Origin: a virus
DNA: 64,000 nucleotides
Strand: one strand, 5' to 3'
IMG/VR virus record: IMGVR_UViG_3300021142_000004
Part shown: positions 10,410 through 21,600 of the stretch, piece after piece
How positions within the stretch are numbered: position 1 is the first letter of the stretch
Layout: each line of letters opens with the position of its first letter
Made by a program: the position numbers and the translations under genes
Notes under the pieces: generated by a model
The model's input: only the letters and a program-made list of their open reading frames with translations
Told to the model about the DNA's origin: nothing
Databases searched by the model: none

Positions 10410-11828
10410 TTATGGTGTTTTATTTTCTAATGATTTTAATCTTGTTTCTAAATTGTTATTTTTTTCAGTTAATTCTTTAATTGAAGCAATTAATAATGGT
10501 ATTACTTCCGTATATGAAAGTCTTAATGTTTCTTTTTCATCATCATCTTTCCAAACTGCTTCCGGTAACACTTTTTCAACATCTTGTGCAATTAAAAATG
10601 CTCTAGATGTACCCTCAATATCTTCTTTATAACGACCTGTAACAGTTCTTAACGTATTTACTTTATCCAATGCATCGGTTATTGGTGATAAATTAATTTT
10701 ATCTCTTTCATCTGATAATGTATTCCAACTTGTACCATTTGAAGGTAATTGTACTCCAGCGGATACAGCGATTACATTTACTTTACCACTTGTAAAAGAA
10801 TTATATAGGACGATATTACCGGCAGTACTACTATTATATAAACCAGCATCATGTGTTGTAAAATAAGTATACTGTGAAGTCGCTGTTGAACCCATTTTTA
10901 ATAAATTACAATGTCCTCCAGAATCATTAACAACTTGAAACCTACAATCAGACGTACTATCATTATTCCTTAACCTTACTTTATAGTTATCCTTTCCCGA
11001 AATAGAGTCTTCAATATCTATACCATTACCTATTGTTCCATTAGCACCTAATGCCATACTACCAGTCACTCTTACGTTAACACTTGTAATAGATGTTGTC
11101 GCAGAAAATGCATTTGCACTAATTGTACCACCTGATATTGTTGTTGCAGTCAAACCAGTAACAATTCCACCTGTAAATGGTGTTGTAAATCCACTTACAT
11201 TAAATGTTCCACCTGTATTATTTGTAAATGTTGCAGTTCCATTAGAATATGTACCACCAGTTATGTATGTATCAGTATATCCTGTTATATAACCATTTGG
11301 ATTTGTTGAATTGTATGGTGTATAACCTAATGCAGCATTTATTTGTTGTTGTGTTAAACCTGTGATACCCGAACCATTACCATAGAAAGTTCCACCACTA
11401 ATAGTTGTGGCAGAAATTGAAGTACCATATAATGTTCCCGTTAATGTACCACCAGATAAGAAAAGATATTGACCATTATCAGTATATCCACTATATAATC
11501 CAGTAACGGTAAATGTATTTCCACTATTGTTAGTAAATGTTATAACACCATCAGAATAAGTACCTCCAGTAACATATGTATCAAAACCACTACTTGTACC
11601 TGATACCGGTTTCCAACTTGCATTACCATTAGCATCGGAAGTTAATACAAACCCATTATATTCACTACCATCAGAATATGTGAAAACGTTATTTATAGTC
11701 AATCCTGACTGAAATATTGGGTTAATAGGTACTTCTCCTCCAAGTCGATAAACAACTCCCGTAGATAGGTCTGATTGAAGTACATAATCAAAACTATCTT
11801 TTATAAATTCATTTGAAATATCTGCCAT
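10410..11828 (-). CDS. Tail fibre/spike with C-terminal intramolecular chaperone (Peptidase S74)
   Basis: G/T-rich repeats; SDERDK...LIAQDVEKVLPEAV...LSYTEVIPLLIASIKEL followed by a coiled coil. Confidence 0.85.
   Translation of the reverse strand: MADISNEFIKDSFDYVLQSDLSTGVVYRLGGEVPINPIFQSGLTINNVFTYSDGSEYNGFVLTSDANGNASWKPVSGTSSGFDTYVTGGTYSDGVITFTNNSGNTFTVTGLYSGYTDNGQYLFLSGGTLTGTLYGTSISATTISGGTFYGNGSGITGLTQQQINAALGYTPYNSTNPNGYITGYTDTYITGGTYSNGTATFTNNTGGTFNVSGFTTPFTGGIVTGLTATTISGGTISANAFSATTSITSVNVRVTGSMALGANGTIGNGIDIEDSISGKDNYKVRLRNNDSTSDCRFQVVNDSGGHCNLLKMGSTATSQYTYFTTHDAGLYNSSTAGNIVLYNSFTSGKVNVIAVSAGVQLPSNGTSWNTLSDERDKINLSPITDALDKVNTLRTVTGRYKEDIEGTSRAFLIAQDVEKVLPEAVWKDDDEKETLRLSYTEVIPLLIASIKELTEKNNNLETRLKSLENKTP
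11336..11459. repeat. 124-bp identical repeat shared with 22355-22478
   Basis: Direct sequence comparison; lies within a longer (~450 bp) homologous block. Confidence 0.85.
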
Positions 11829-11854
11829 CTATTTAAATTTAAGTAAAAATTTAC

Positions 11855-11866
11855 TATTTATAAATA
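11855..11866. promoter_or_regulatory. Palindromic TATTTATAAATA, candidate divergent late promoter
   Basis: Lies between divergent genes; the same TATTTAT motif precedes many virion genes. Confidence 0.45.
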
Positions 11867-11870
11867 CTAT

Positions 11871-12224
11871 ATGATATCCTTTTGTTATACATGGAGTGAT
11901 GCTGATGTTGTTTGGAATCAAGTTGAGATAACTTGGAGGGAAGCTTGTGTCCTTCAACAAGTTATTGGTGGTGGGGGAACATTTTCAAGAGCACCACATT
12001 CCCCACTCACATTAAGAAACAGAATTAAAAAACTTGATAAGAAAGATCAAGAAGTATTAATTAATTTAATTACAAGAGTTGTCGAAAATGATAAGACAAT
12101 TGAGAGTAAAATAAATAAAAAGAAAAATACTAAAGTAAAAATAAATATAAAAAAAGTAGAATTGGTGTTAAGAGAAGCGAAAAAGATCAATTTGAAGATA
12201 TTTATTAATGAAAACAAATCATAA
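11871..12224 (+). CDS. Hypothetical protein
   Basis: 117-aa ORF with Trp every 7 residues at the N-terminus. Confidence 0.6.
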   Translation: MISFCYTWSDADVVWNQVEITWREACVLQQVIGGGGTFSRAPHSPLTLRNRIKKLDKKDQEVLINLITRVVENDKTIESKINKKKNTKVKINIKKVELVLREAKKINLKIFINENKS

Positions 12225-12688
12225 TGAGTTATAAATTATATACAGACAAAATAAATAAGTTTAGTTGTTCAATCCAAGTGGAAGGAACTTCATTATCAAA
12301 ATCTAAAGTAAGATTGGTAGTTGAATCTGAAGATATGACATATATGTTCAATGGTCAACTGTTTGATACCGGTGTTTGTGAAGTAAAAATACCAAAAACT
12401 AAATCGTTTTTATCAGAAGGTAAAAAAGGTAACATGTATTTGGAAGTAATCGCAGATGATGTATATTTTGAACCTTGGAATTCTGATTTTGTTGTTGAGC
12501 AAGATAAAAAAGTTAGTGTTGTTGTTAATGAACAAATTGAATCAAAACCAAAATTAAGTGTTATTGTTAATGAACAAGAACCAACAAAAAAAATAATCGA
12601 AGAAAAAAAGATTATTAATAAAAAACCTGTTACCGAAACAATGTCAAAATCGGAATTTATAAAACATCTATTATCTAATAAGAAATAA
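12224..12688 (+). CDS. Hypothetical protein (beta-rich)
   Basis: 154-aa ORF, TAATG-coupled to the upstream gene. Confidence 0.6.
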   Translation: MSYKLYTDKINKFSCSIQVEGTSLSKSKVRLVVESEDMTYMFNGQLFDTGVCEVKIPKTKSFLSEGKKGNMYLEVIADDVYFEPWNSDFVVEQDKKVSVVVNEQIESKPKLSVIVNEQEPTKKIIEEKKIINKKPVTETMSKSEFIKHLLSNKK

Positions 12689-12716
12689 AAAAATCCCCTT
12701 TAAAGGGGATTTTTTT
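12687..12716. terminator. Bidirectional intrinsic terminator
   Basis: Perfect palindrome AAAAAAATCCCCTTTAAAGGGGATTTTTTT at a convergent junction. Confidence 0.8.
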
Positions 12717-13152
12717 TTATATATTCTTTTATACTATTTAAACAATTATCTTTTGTCATTTCTGATGTCGGTAAATGAAGATAAGATTCATTTTCAGGTT
12801 CTTCAAAATCTTCAACATGAAATTTTTCTCTACCCCTTATTTCATGATAAGTTAAAAATATCCATTTAACATCATCACATAATGAATTAAGATAGTCTCT
12901 AGTTTCTTTATATGGATAAACTAATGATAATACAGGATCATGTCCAATACTATTTAAAAACACTGCAATATCAGATGCTCTATTTAAATTTTTAATCCTA
13001 CCCTCTCTACTAAAATCTTTATTATTAAATAAAGATCTTAACTTATCACCATCAATATTAACAGGGAATCTTAAAGGATCAATACCTTCACACAATTCCT
13101 TTGCTAATGTTGTTTTACCACTATGTGGTTGTCCATATATAACTACTATCAT
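12700..13152 (-). CDS. cysC: Adenylyl-sulfate (APS) kinase
   Basis: P-loop GQPHSGKTT, IDGDKLR, FSREGRIKN, SLVYPY, FEEP. Confidence 0.8.
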   Translation of the reverse strand: MIVVIYGQPHSGKTTLAKELCEGIDPLRFPVNIDGDKLRSLFNNKDFSREGRIKNLNRASDIAVFLNSIGHDPVLSLVYPYKETRDYLNSLCDDVKWIFLTYHEIRGREKFHVEDFEEPENESYLHLPTSEMTKDNCLNSIKEYIKKNPL

Positions 13153-13974
13153 TTACTTTCCGTATCTAAATTTATCGTTATACCATTTATAATTATTCAT
13201 TATCCAATCACAAACATCCTTACCTAGTATTTCTTTTGATTTAGATGGTACTGGTTCCAATTTAGTTCTAATAACATGGTCACCATACACACCATATACT
13301 TCATCATCCTCTTTAGTTATTTGTACAATATTATCAAAATCATGATCGAAATATGGTATATCTAAATAATGATATATTTTACCCATTGTTTGCTCAGGAT
13401 AAAGACACAAGTCTTCAAATCTTACAAAATGAATTTTACTATCAATACCCATTCTAATCATTTCACCTAAACGTTCAAATGCCATACCAACTGGTGGGTT
13501 TTGAACCCACATATCAATACGTTTAGGTGTTGTTGTTCCTTGCATTTTACCCCAATCAACCATTGGACTAGCCTTATCACTTGATTTCCTAAAATTCTTC
13601 TCCATAGAAGAAAAAATATCTCTTGGATCTCTAACCATACAAATAATTTTAGGATTTGGATGTACCTGATTTAAAAAATCATAATGTATTCCCCATCCAC
13701 GACTTTTATCAATTACATATTTTTTATCTGTAATTCCATTATAAAATCCAAGCATTCCTTCTTTGCAAAAATTTAAGAATCCTGATTTCATCAATTCAGG
13801 GTCTTGTGCTTTAAACTCAGGTGATGAGGTGTAATTACCTCTAGCAGCAAAAATTAATTCAAGAACACCAGATGTTGGTGTTGCATATATATCCGGATTT
13901 TGTGCTAAAATGTTTTGTAATAGAGTTGAACCCGCACGAGGCATTGAACTCTGATAAAATATTTGTTCTATCAT
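13153..13974 (-). CDS. PAPS-dependent sulfotransferase
   Basis: 5'-PSB loop PRAGSTLL, 3'-PB motif VRDPRD..SS, VRFEDL. Confidence 0.88.
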   Translation of the reverse strand: MIEQIFYQSSMPRAGSTLLQNILAQNPDIYATPTSGVLELIFAARGNYTSSPEFKAQDPELMKSGFLNFCKEGMLGFYNGITDKKYVIDKSRGWGIHYDFLNQVHPNPKIICMVRDPRDIFSSMEKNFRKSSDKASPMVDWGKMQGTTTPKRIDMWVQNPPVGMAFERLGEMIRMGIDSKIHFVRFEDLCLYPEQTMGKIYHYLDIPYFDHDFDNIVQITKEDDEVYGVYGDHVIRTKLEPVPSKSKEILGKDVCDWIMNNYKWYNDKFRYGK

Positions 13975-13975
13975 A

Positions 13976-14884
13976 TTAAAGTAAATTTGGGTCTATATAA
14001 TCTTCATTTCTTCCAATGAAATAATCATACATTATTTTATTATATTTTTGTGGGTTTACAAATTCTAAAACCCCATCATTATTTTTTTTTATTTCACTAT
14101 CTAATTGTAATCCTTGTAAAAGTACGTGTCTATCCAAATATTTCCTATCTAACGCATTACCATGATATAAATGATAAACAATACCACCTAAATAAGAATA
14201 AGTTAAATTTAAAGATTTTAGTTTTTCAATATATTCATCTTTCTTTGTTGAATTAAATGAATTAATCATTATTGGTCGTCTGATATAATTAACTAAGTTC
14301 ATTTTATCTCCACCACCAAATATCGCATATTCATACATACCAATGGTTTCAAAAAAACTACGTTTAAATGCAATTGCATAACCTGAACAAAAAGGTCCTT
14401 CATCTGTATCATATCTAACATCTAAAAGTGTCTTAGCATGAAATAAGATTTTATCAAAATATGGATCTAAATTACATCCATCATGATAAGGGACAACAAC
14501 ATCATAATTTTCAAGTTCAGTATGGACATCATTTATCCAATCTTCATTTTCAAAAATAACATCACCATCTAAACAAACAATTTTTGTAATATGTTGAGGT
14601 AATTTACTTACTAAGATATTAAATAAATTTTCCTTATGAAACATATAAGAATTTGATTTGACATGAAATACAAATTCACTTTCAATAAATGTTGGTTTTT
14701 GATTTGGATAGATTAATTCAATCATATAATGTGGAATTTCACTCTTTTTCAATAAATTACTAACATAAAGGTTATTCATTATTGTTTTAGTGAAATTACC
14801 AGCATTAAAAAACACAGAACAAACCGCAATGTTATCATTTTTGGGTTTGTTATATGATTTGATATTTTTAAACGGACTTTGCAA
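13976..14884 (-). CDS. GT-A glycosyltransferase (GT2/GT7-like)
   Basis: LDGDVIF DXD motif, GGGD, YHLYHG. Confidence 0.65.
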   Translation of the reverse strand: MQSPFKNIKSYNKPKNDNIAVCSVFFNAGNFTKTIMNNLYVSNLLKKSEIPHYMIELIYPNQKPTFIESEFVFHVKSNSYMFHKENLFNILVSKLPQHITKIVCLDGDVIFENEDWINDVHTELENYDVVVPYHDGCNLDPYFDKILFHAKTLLDVRYDTDEGPFCSGYAIAFKRSFFETIGMYEYAIFGGGDKMNLVNYIRRPIMINSFNSTKKDEYIEKLKSLNLTYSYLGGIVYHLYHGNALDRKYLDRHVLLQGLQLDSEIKKNNDGVLEFVNPQKYNKIMYDYFIGRNEDYIDPNLL

Positions 14885-15760
14885 TTACTTTTGTTTTTTA
14901 ATTGAGTTAATTATTTCGTCTACGTTAAAAATTTCTTTTTCACTATTATATGGAAATTCTAATAAATCTCCACCAATGTTAAATTTTTGTAAATATGAAC
15001 TTTTAAGTTCGGGTTTGATTGTGAATGGATTTGATTTTATATTATCATGTAAATCATATCCAAATACCTCTGGTTTATTGGTGATCCAACAAACTGTTGA
15101 ACTCATACCTAATGCTGCTGCGGTATGTTGTGCAAAACTATCTAAGAATAGTCTTTTTCTACTAAGACTTATCAATACTGCTAGTGACCTAAAACTATCT
15201 GTTACTGGTATTGTATTCTCTAAAAGGAATTGATCATCCCTTCTTATGTGTAAAATTGTGTAAGAATCTTTAAATTCTTCTATTACTGAAGATGCAACTA
15301 CAACAGGAATATCCCTTGCCCAAGAATACTTCATATCGGTACTTGCTCCACCATTTGTTTGAAGTAAAAGAATCGGTTTTTCAAAAACATATTTATTACC
15401 GAAAAATTTCTTTTCTCTATCACTAAGATAAATTTTAGGTTGTTCACCATTATAAGTAATACCAAACATATTACACCATGTAATAATAAGGTGTTCATTT
15501 TGTAACAAATGAGTTGTTTCTAAGTACGGGTCGTGAGCTAAAACTTTAAATTTTTTATTTTCTATGTAATCTTCATAGAAATAAGAAAACCCATTAAATG
15601 CGTATGTTCTATCAATATTTGGGTTATTTAAAAACACGTCTGGGTAGCCAGATACTACAATTAAAGTATCATCTGGGTATTGTTTTTTTATAGCTTCACA
15701 TACTGCGGTGGCCATGATACACTTACCCATACCACCATTAATTTGAAAAATTATATTCAT
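14885..15760 (-). CDS. GT9-like (heptosyltransferase-fold) glycosyltransferase
   Basis: GGMGKCIMATA..AIKKQYP and DSFAQHTAAALG. Confidence 0.7.
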   Translation of the reverse strand: MNIIFQINGGMGKCIMATAVCEAIKKQYPDDTLIVVSGYPDVFLNNPNIDRTYAFNGFSYFYEDYIENKKFKVLAHDPYLETTHLLQNEHLIITWCNMFGITYNGEQPKIYLSDREKKFFGNKYVFEKPILLLQTNGGASTDMKYSWARDIPVVVASSVIEEFKDSYTILHIRRDDQFLLENTIPVTDSFRSLAVLISLSRKRLFLDSFAQHTAAALGMSSTVCWITNKPEVFGYDLHDNIKSNPFTIKPELKSSYLQKFNIGGDLLEFPYNSEKEIFNVDEIINSIKKQK

Positions 15761-15799
15761 AGGGTAAATTTATGAATATAAATCCTATTTGTCAATACT

Positions 15800-16138
15800 T
15801 TAGAACATATTTCTAGTGGCACCACTTAAAATTTCTGTAACTGATGTTCCTAAACTTGTTGCAATAATATTAAGTACTACTGAATCATCAGAACCCCAAG
15901 TAGATAATTGTTCAGAAGTTAATATTGATTCACTTGATAATATATTATTAAATTTAATTACAATGTTATTTTCATCTAAAGTTACGTTACCATATTTAAC
16001 TTCAAATCTAGTTTTATCTGAACCTAAAATATATGGACGAGCAATTGCAGTTATTGTATCTGCTGTTATTGTCGTACTTGAAAATGGTGTAATTTGTTCT
16101 ACCTTTGTAGCAACTGGATTAATTTTAGCGTAAATCAT
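15800..16138 (-). CDS. Hypothetical tail-fibre accessory protein
   Basis: 112-aa ORF after a fibre gene, with WGSDD motif. Confidence 0.5.
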   Translation of the reverse strand: MIYAKINPVATKVEQITPFSSTTITADTITAIARPYILGSDKTRFEVKYGNVTLDENNIVIKFNNILSSESILTSEQLSTWGSDDSVVLNIIATSLGTSVTEILSGATRNMF

Positions 16139-16192
16139 TTTTTTTATTTTTTTTTATTTTTATTATTATAAATATGTTATTAAACACATTTA

Positions 16193-18667
16193 TTATGTTA
16201 ATCTTATTTTTAATACACCTGCGGTATGATATACCCCACCTACTGGTATTCCACCAGTAGCGGCTGTTGTGTCATTTGTATAATTTTTAGTTTGTATTGT
16301 TGGTGATACTAAATTATTTATATATAAAGTGCACCAACTAGTTGCATTTAACCCAAATCCTATAGCTGCTGAGTAACTACCTGATACTGTATTACCATAT
16401 CCAGCAGCAAATGAATATTGCCCAGAAATACAATTACTATAACCACCAGCTATTGTAGAATATTGTGAGTATGTACCACATATACAATTACCTACACCTC
16501 CATTTATCGTTGAACCCCATGAATTTATACCATTAATATAATTATGTATCCCACCACTTATTGTTGAATATCGTGAATTAGTTCCAGTAATCTGATTATT
16601 ATAACCACCACTTATCGTTGAATAAAGAGTATAACAACCAGAAATTGTATTAATTATACCACCACCTATTGTTGAGAGGTATGAATTATCTCCAGAAATC
16701 TGATTATCGTAACCACCACCTATTGTTGAATAACATGAATTAGTTCCAGAAATGTAATTTACCCTACCACCAGATATTGTTGAATAACATGAATTTGTAC
16801 CAGTAATCTGATTACCATGACCACCACCTATTGTTGAATAATATGAATATTGTCCAGAAATTTGATTACCAACACCACCACCTATTGTTGAATACTGTGA
16901 ATTTGTTCCATTAATATAATTATTATATCCACCACTTATTGTTGAATACTGTGAATTTGTACCAGTAATCTGATTACCATGACCACCACCTATTGTTGAA
17001 TAAAGAGTATAACAACCAGAAATTGTATTAAATCTACCACCACTTATCGTTGACCAACCTGAATTATATCCAGAAATACTATTATTCCTACCACCACTTA
17101 TCGTTGAATAACATGAATTATATCCAGTAATCTGATTACCATAACCACCACTAATTGTAGACCAATAGGCGTACCAACCAGAAATACTATTAAAAGCACC
17201 ACCACCAATGAATGAATTAGCAGAATCATAACCACTTATTGAATTACAAGTCCCACCACCAATGAATGAAAACCCACTAGAACTACTAGAAACACTATTA
17301 TTACGGCCACCAACTATTGACGATTGACAATTATACGTACCACTTATACTATTACCACCACCACCACCAATAAATGAACCCGAACCATTTGAACAATTAT
17401 AACCACCACCAACAACTATTGAACAATAACCAGAAGCGGTATTTCTATATCCACCACCAATGAATGAACTCGGACTATATTTACCAGAAATTGTATTCAT
17501 TTTACCACCAACAATTATTGAATGATGATAACATTTATTGGTATTAGTTAATGAAGTTAAATCATATAATTTATTACCACCAGCATTGTTTCCCGCATAA
17601 AAAGTTGTTGAAAAAATTGAATAACCTCCATAATACGATGAATATATTATACGTCCACCATATACTAAACAATCACTGTTATTATAATATTCAACATAAT
17701 GTTCATTTAATTGTGGTTGATTTCCTTGAACACAAATTGAATTATTACAATTACTAATAATATTATAAGTTTGTAATCCACAACCTATAGTATTCATCAC
17801 ACCACCCCCAATAAAATTATTATAACCGACTAAAGCGTTACCTTGACCACCAGCAATAACACTAGCACCGCTACCGCAAAGAGGTGAAGATACAGTACCA
17901 TTTATATCTTTTCTTATTTTATTGTGTCTACCACCACCTATAAATGAATAATTACAGTAAGCCGAATTACTTAACCCACCAACAACTGTTGAATAAGCAT
18001 TTATTGCCTTAACAAATCTACCACCACCAACTGTTGAAAAATAACCCGATGATGAATTATTTTGTCCACCAATTAGTGCTGAATTAAAACACTTACTACT
18101 ATTATAAGTACCACCACCAATAAATGAACAATAACCAGAAGCGGTATTACTTAACCCACCACCTACTGTTGAATAATAAGCAACAGATGCATTACCATAA
18201 CCACCACTTACTGTTGATGCATAACCTGATGATGAATTGGTATGACCACCACCTACTGTTGATGCGTAACCTGATGACGAATTAGTATTACCACCACCTA
18301 TTGTTGAATACTGATTAGATGATGTATTAGAGATACCACCATTTACAGCACTTGCCGTACCACTAGCAACATTATGTGTACCACCACCAACAAAAGAATT
18401 GGCATTTGTTGCACAGTTATAAGTACCACCAACAACAGCGGAACAACTAGCACTTGCACAGTTGTTATTACCTATTCTTACAGTACTACCAGCGCCAGAA
18501 TCTTGAACTATAAAAGCAGTTGCACCTGTTACCGTACCACCCGTTAGATTAGTTGTAAGTGTATTAATACTTGCACCTGTTGTTACTAATAATGATGTGG
18601 TAACACCAGTTGCATTATTGGTTGTTATAGTTAAACCAGATGTCGTAAAATTTAAACCGTATGTCAT
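16193..18667 (-). CDS. Repeat-rich tail fibre/adhesin (beta-roll-like)
   Basis: Tandem S-T/F-I/V-G-G-G-x-x-N repeats with 15- and 18-aa periods. Confidence 0.75.
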   Translation of the reverse strand: MTYGLNFTTSGLTITTNNATGVTTSLLVTTGASINTLTTNLTGGTVTGATAFIVQDSGAGSTVRIGNNNCASASCSAVVGGTYNCATNANSFVGGGTHNVASGTASAVNGGISNTSSNQYSTIGGGNTNSSSGYASTVGGGHTNSSSGYASTVSGGYGNASVAYYSTVGGGLSNTASGYCSFIGGGTYNSSKCFNSALIGGQNNSSSGYFSTVGGGRFVKAINAYSTVVGGLSNSAYCNYSFIGGGRHNKIRKDINGTVSSPLCGSGASVIAGGQGNALVGYNNFIGGGVMNTIGCGLQTYNIISNCNNSICVQGNQPQLNEHYVEYYNNSDCLVYGGRIIYSSYYGGYSIFSTTFYAGNNAGGNKLYDLTSLTNTNKCYHHSIIVGGKMNTISGKYSPSSFIGGGYRNTASGYCSIVVGGGYNCSNGSGSFIGGGGGNSISGTYNCQSSIVGGRNNSVSSSSSGFSFIGGGTCNSISGYDSANSFIGGGAFNSISGWYAYWSTISGGYGNQITGYNSCYSTISGGRNNSISGYNSGWSTISGGRFNTISGCYTLYSTIGGGHGNQITGTNSQYSTISGGYNNYINGTNSQYSTIGGGVGNQISGQYSYYSTIGGGHGNQITGTNSCYSTISGGRVNYISGTNSCYSTIGGGYDNQISGDNSYLSTIGGGIINTISGCYTLYSTISGGYNNQITGTNSRYSTISGGIHNYINGINSWGSTINGGVGNCICGTYSQYSTIAGGYSNCISGQYSFAAGYGNTVSGSYSAAIGFGLNATSWCTLYINNLVSPTIQTKNYTNDTTAATGGIPVGGVYHTAGVLKIRLT
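16440..17300 (-). repeat. Coding tandem repeat, ~54-bp/18-aa unit (YSTIGGGxxNxISGxNSx)
   Basis: Recurring ccaccacctattgttgaata units on the + strand. Confidence 0.8.
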
Positions 18668-18695
18668 TTAATATAAATATGTTTGTTTTTTAACT

Positions 18696-21600
18696 TTATG
18701 CTATTTGTACCCAACCAAATGATTTATATAAATATAAACCTTCTGTCGCATCTGTACAATATACAATTGTTCCCGTTGGCGGTGTTCCTAATGCCGTCCT
18801 TTGTGCATTAGTCATTTTATTTGGTATAAACCCTGATAAAACTGATGTTAAAGATATTGTATTTGCAGTTAAACCACTTATAAATGTTGTTGGTCCTGAA
18901 ACTGTACCACCTGTAAATGTTCCACCACCACTAATTCCAGTCAAATGACTACCATCACCATAATATGTTGTTGCAGATACTGATCCTGATACATATGTAT
19001 CACCACTTATTTGTAATTTAGTACCATTATCATTAGTTGTACCAATAAGAACATTACCATTACCTTTAACTGAAAATCTATTACCACCTGTTAATGTATA
19101 TGATTGACCTGTTAATCCTGTTACTGCAGCCGGTGTTGAGAGACCTAATGAAGTATCTGAAGTCACACCCGTTATTGTATAAGTTGTACCACTTATTGTG
19201 ATTGTGTCATTTATTTTAAATGTATTTGTAAACTGAGTATTAGTACCAGTAACAGTAGTTGAACCAGATGTAATTGTAACAGTACCAATACCTGTTATAG
19301 GTTGATAAACTTGAAATACTGTATTTCCCGTTCCTCCAACCGATACATTACCCCCACTTGTGATATTAAATATTCTAAATGTCGGTGTAAAGTTATTCCA
19401 AACAGAAAATGAATTAGTATTATGTGTCGAACCATTACCATATATTGAAACCGCCGAACCAGAACTATTATAAGTTCCACCTAATGTTATATCGCCACCA
19501 TAAGGGTTTATAGTTAAACCACCCGTATTACTAATTGCACCACTATGAATATATGTATTATTACTACCTTGGTTAAATACCGCTATTGACCTAGCAGGTA
19601 AATCAGCAGACAATGCTGGACCATATGGATTTGCACCTCTACTTACGTATAATCCCGGTTGAGCAGCATTTATTGTATTTGTTCCAATTATTGATAAAAT
19701 ACCGGTAGTTCCTTGTATTGTTGAACTACCACTTATACTTAAAGTTTGTCCTGTTATATTCCAAGTAAAACCAGTACTTCCCGTTATTGTTGTTGAACTA
19801 TTTGCAAAAACTACCTGACTTGATGTTAAACCATTAATTGTACCGGCAATACCCGTTATATTAGCACCATTACCATAAAAAGTACCACCTGATATTGTTG
19901 TTGCAGATACTGATCCTGATACATATGTATCACCACTTACTTGTAATTTAGTACCATTATCTATTGTTGTACCAATAAGAACATTACCATTACCTTTAAC
20001 TGAAAATCTATTACCTCCTGTTAATGTATATGATTGACCTGTTAATCCTGTTACTGCTGCCGTTGATAATCCTAATGACGTATCAGATGTTATACTGGTT
20101 ATTGTATATGTTGTACCACTTATTGTAATGGTATCATTAATTTTAAATGTATTTGTAAACTGAGTATTAGTACCAGTTAATATCGTTGATCCTGATGAAA
20201 TTGATACTGTTCCAACACCAGTTAATGGTTGATATACTTGAAATAAAGAAGATACTGTACTAGTACCAATAGATACATTACCCGCCACTTTATTACTTGT
20301 ATCTATACCAAGAATAATATCACCCGGATTATTTCCCCCGTTTCCACCAGCTAAATAAATACTTCCACCTTTAATATTAACCCCACCAGGTGCTTGACCA
20401 ATAATATAAAACGGATTAGATGAGATAGCACCATTTTGTAGACCCGCAGTAAGTATAATATTATAATTAGTCGCAGAGTTAGAAAACGATAATTGAGTAC
20501 CGTTCCATGTTAAACCACCACTATTACCATTAGGTCCCGCAACTTTAAAACTTTGAGCATTAACAGATAAACCACCTTGAGTAATGGTTACACCTGCTGC
20601 TGCGGTCATAGTTATTGAACCATATATAGAGTTAGTAGAATTTAGAGTTAAACCACCTCCAGTTACTTGTAACGTACCTGTTGAAGGTGACCATGTTAAA
20701 CCACCAGATAAAGTAATATTTCCATTACCTTTAGCACTAAATACAGTTCCACCTATTAAATTATAGTTTATAGCAGTCGGTATAGTTGGTAATGTAGTAG
20801 TTGTTAAGTGAGTATCATCTGTTACTGTTAATATTGTAAATACGTTATATGCAAAGTAAGGACCAGTTCCATTAGGAAATTGAGTAGGGGTAATACTTAT
20901 ACCAGTAGGTCCAGTTCCACCTGTACCACCAGTAGTTACTATATAAGTATTACCCCCATTACTTACAGATTGTCCAACCGAATATGTTGTACTATTATTC
21001 CAAATTGTTGGTAAAGACCCTAATGAAATAGTATCACCTACTTTAAATGTATTTGTAAATTGGGTTCCTAAACCAGTTATAATTGTCCCTAATGTAGTTA
21101 CTGTGCCAATACCTGTTGTAGGTTGTGTGACACTTAATAATGATTTTGGATCTATATTATTAGTACCTATACCAACATTACCGGTTTTAAATAATTCCAT
21201 TACCAATTGGCCACTAGTTATTGTACTTGGAGGAACACCATTTAATGTTTGAAGTCTAAATTGAAGTGAACCATTAGAACTACTTTGAAATCCCGTAGAA
21301 GTTCCTAATAAAGCACTTGTATAGTTACCATTTTCTCTAAATGTAATATATTGACTATATCCATTATTCGATAATAAAGATAAAATTGCATCAGTAGATT
21401 GTGGTCCTATTGTTAATGTTCCATTACTATTTACATTTGTTGCTGTTATTGCTGAATTAAAATTAAAACCATTATTTACTGTTAATGTTGCTCCACCACC
21501 ACCATTTATAAAAAAGTTTAATACGTGCGATGAATTATTATCACTTGCTTGTGTATGGGAAAAATAATTTGAACCTGATGATCCATAAAAATAAGTACCA

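Noticed and set aside
16440-18330. CRISPR-like array
   Set aside because: The repeats are degenerate in-frame coding units (45/54 bp) with no unique spacers and no cas genes.
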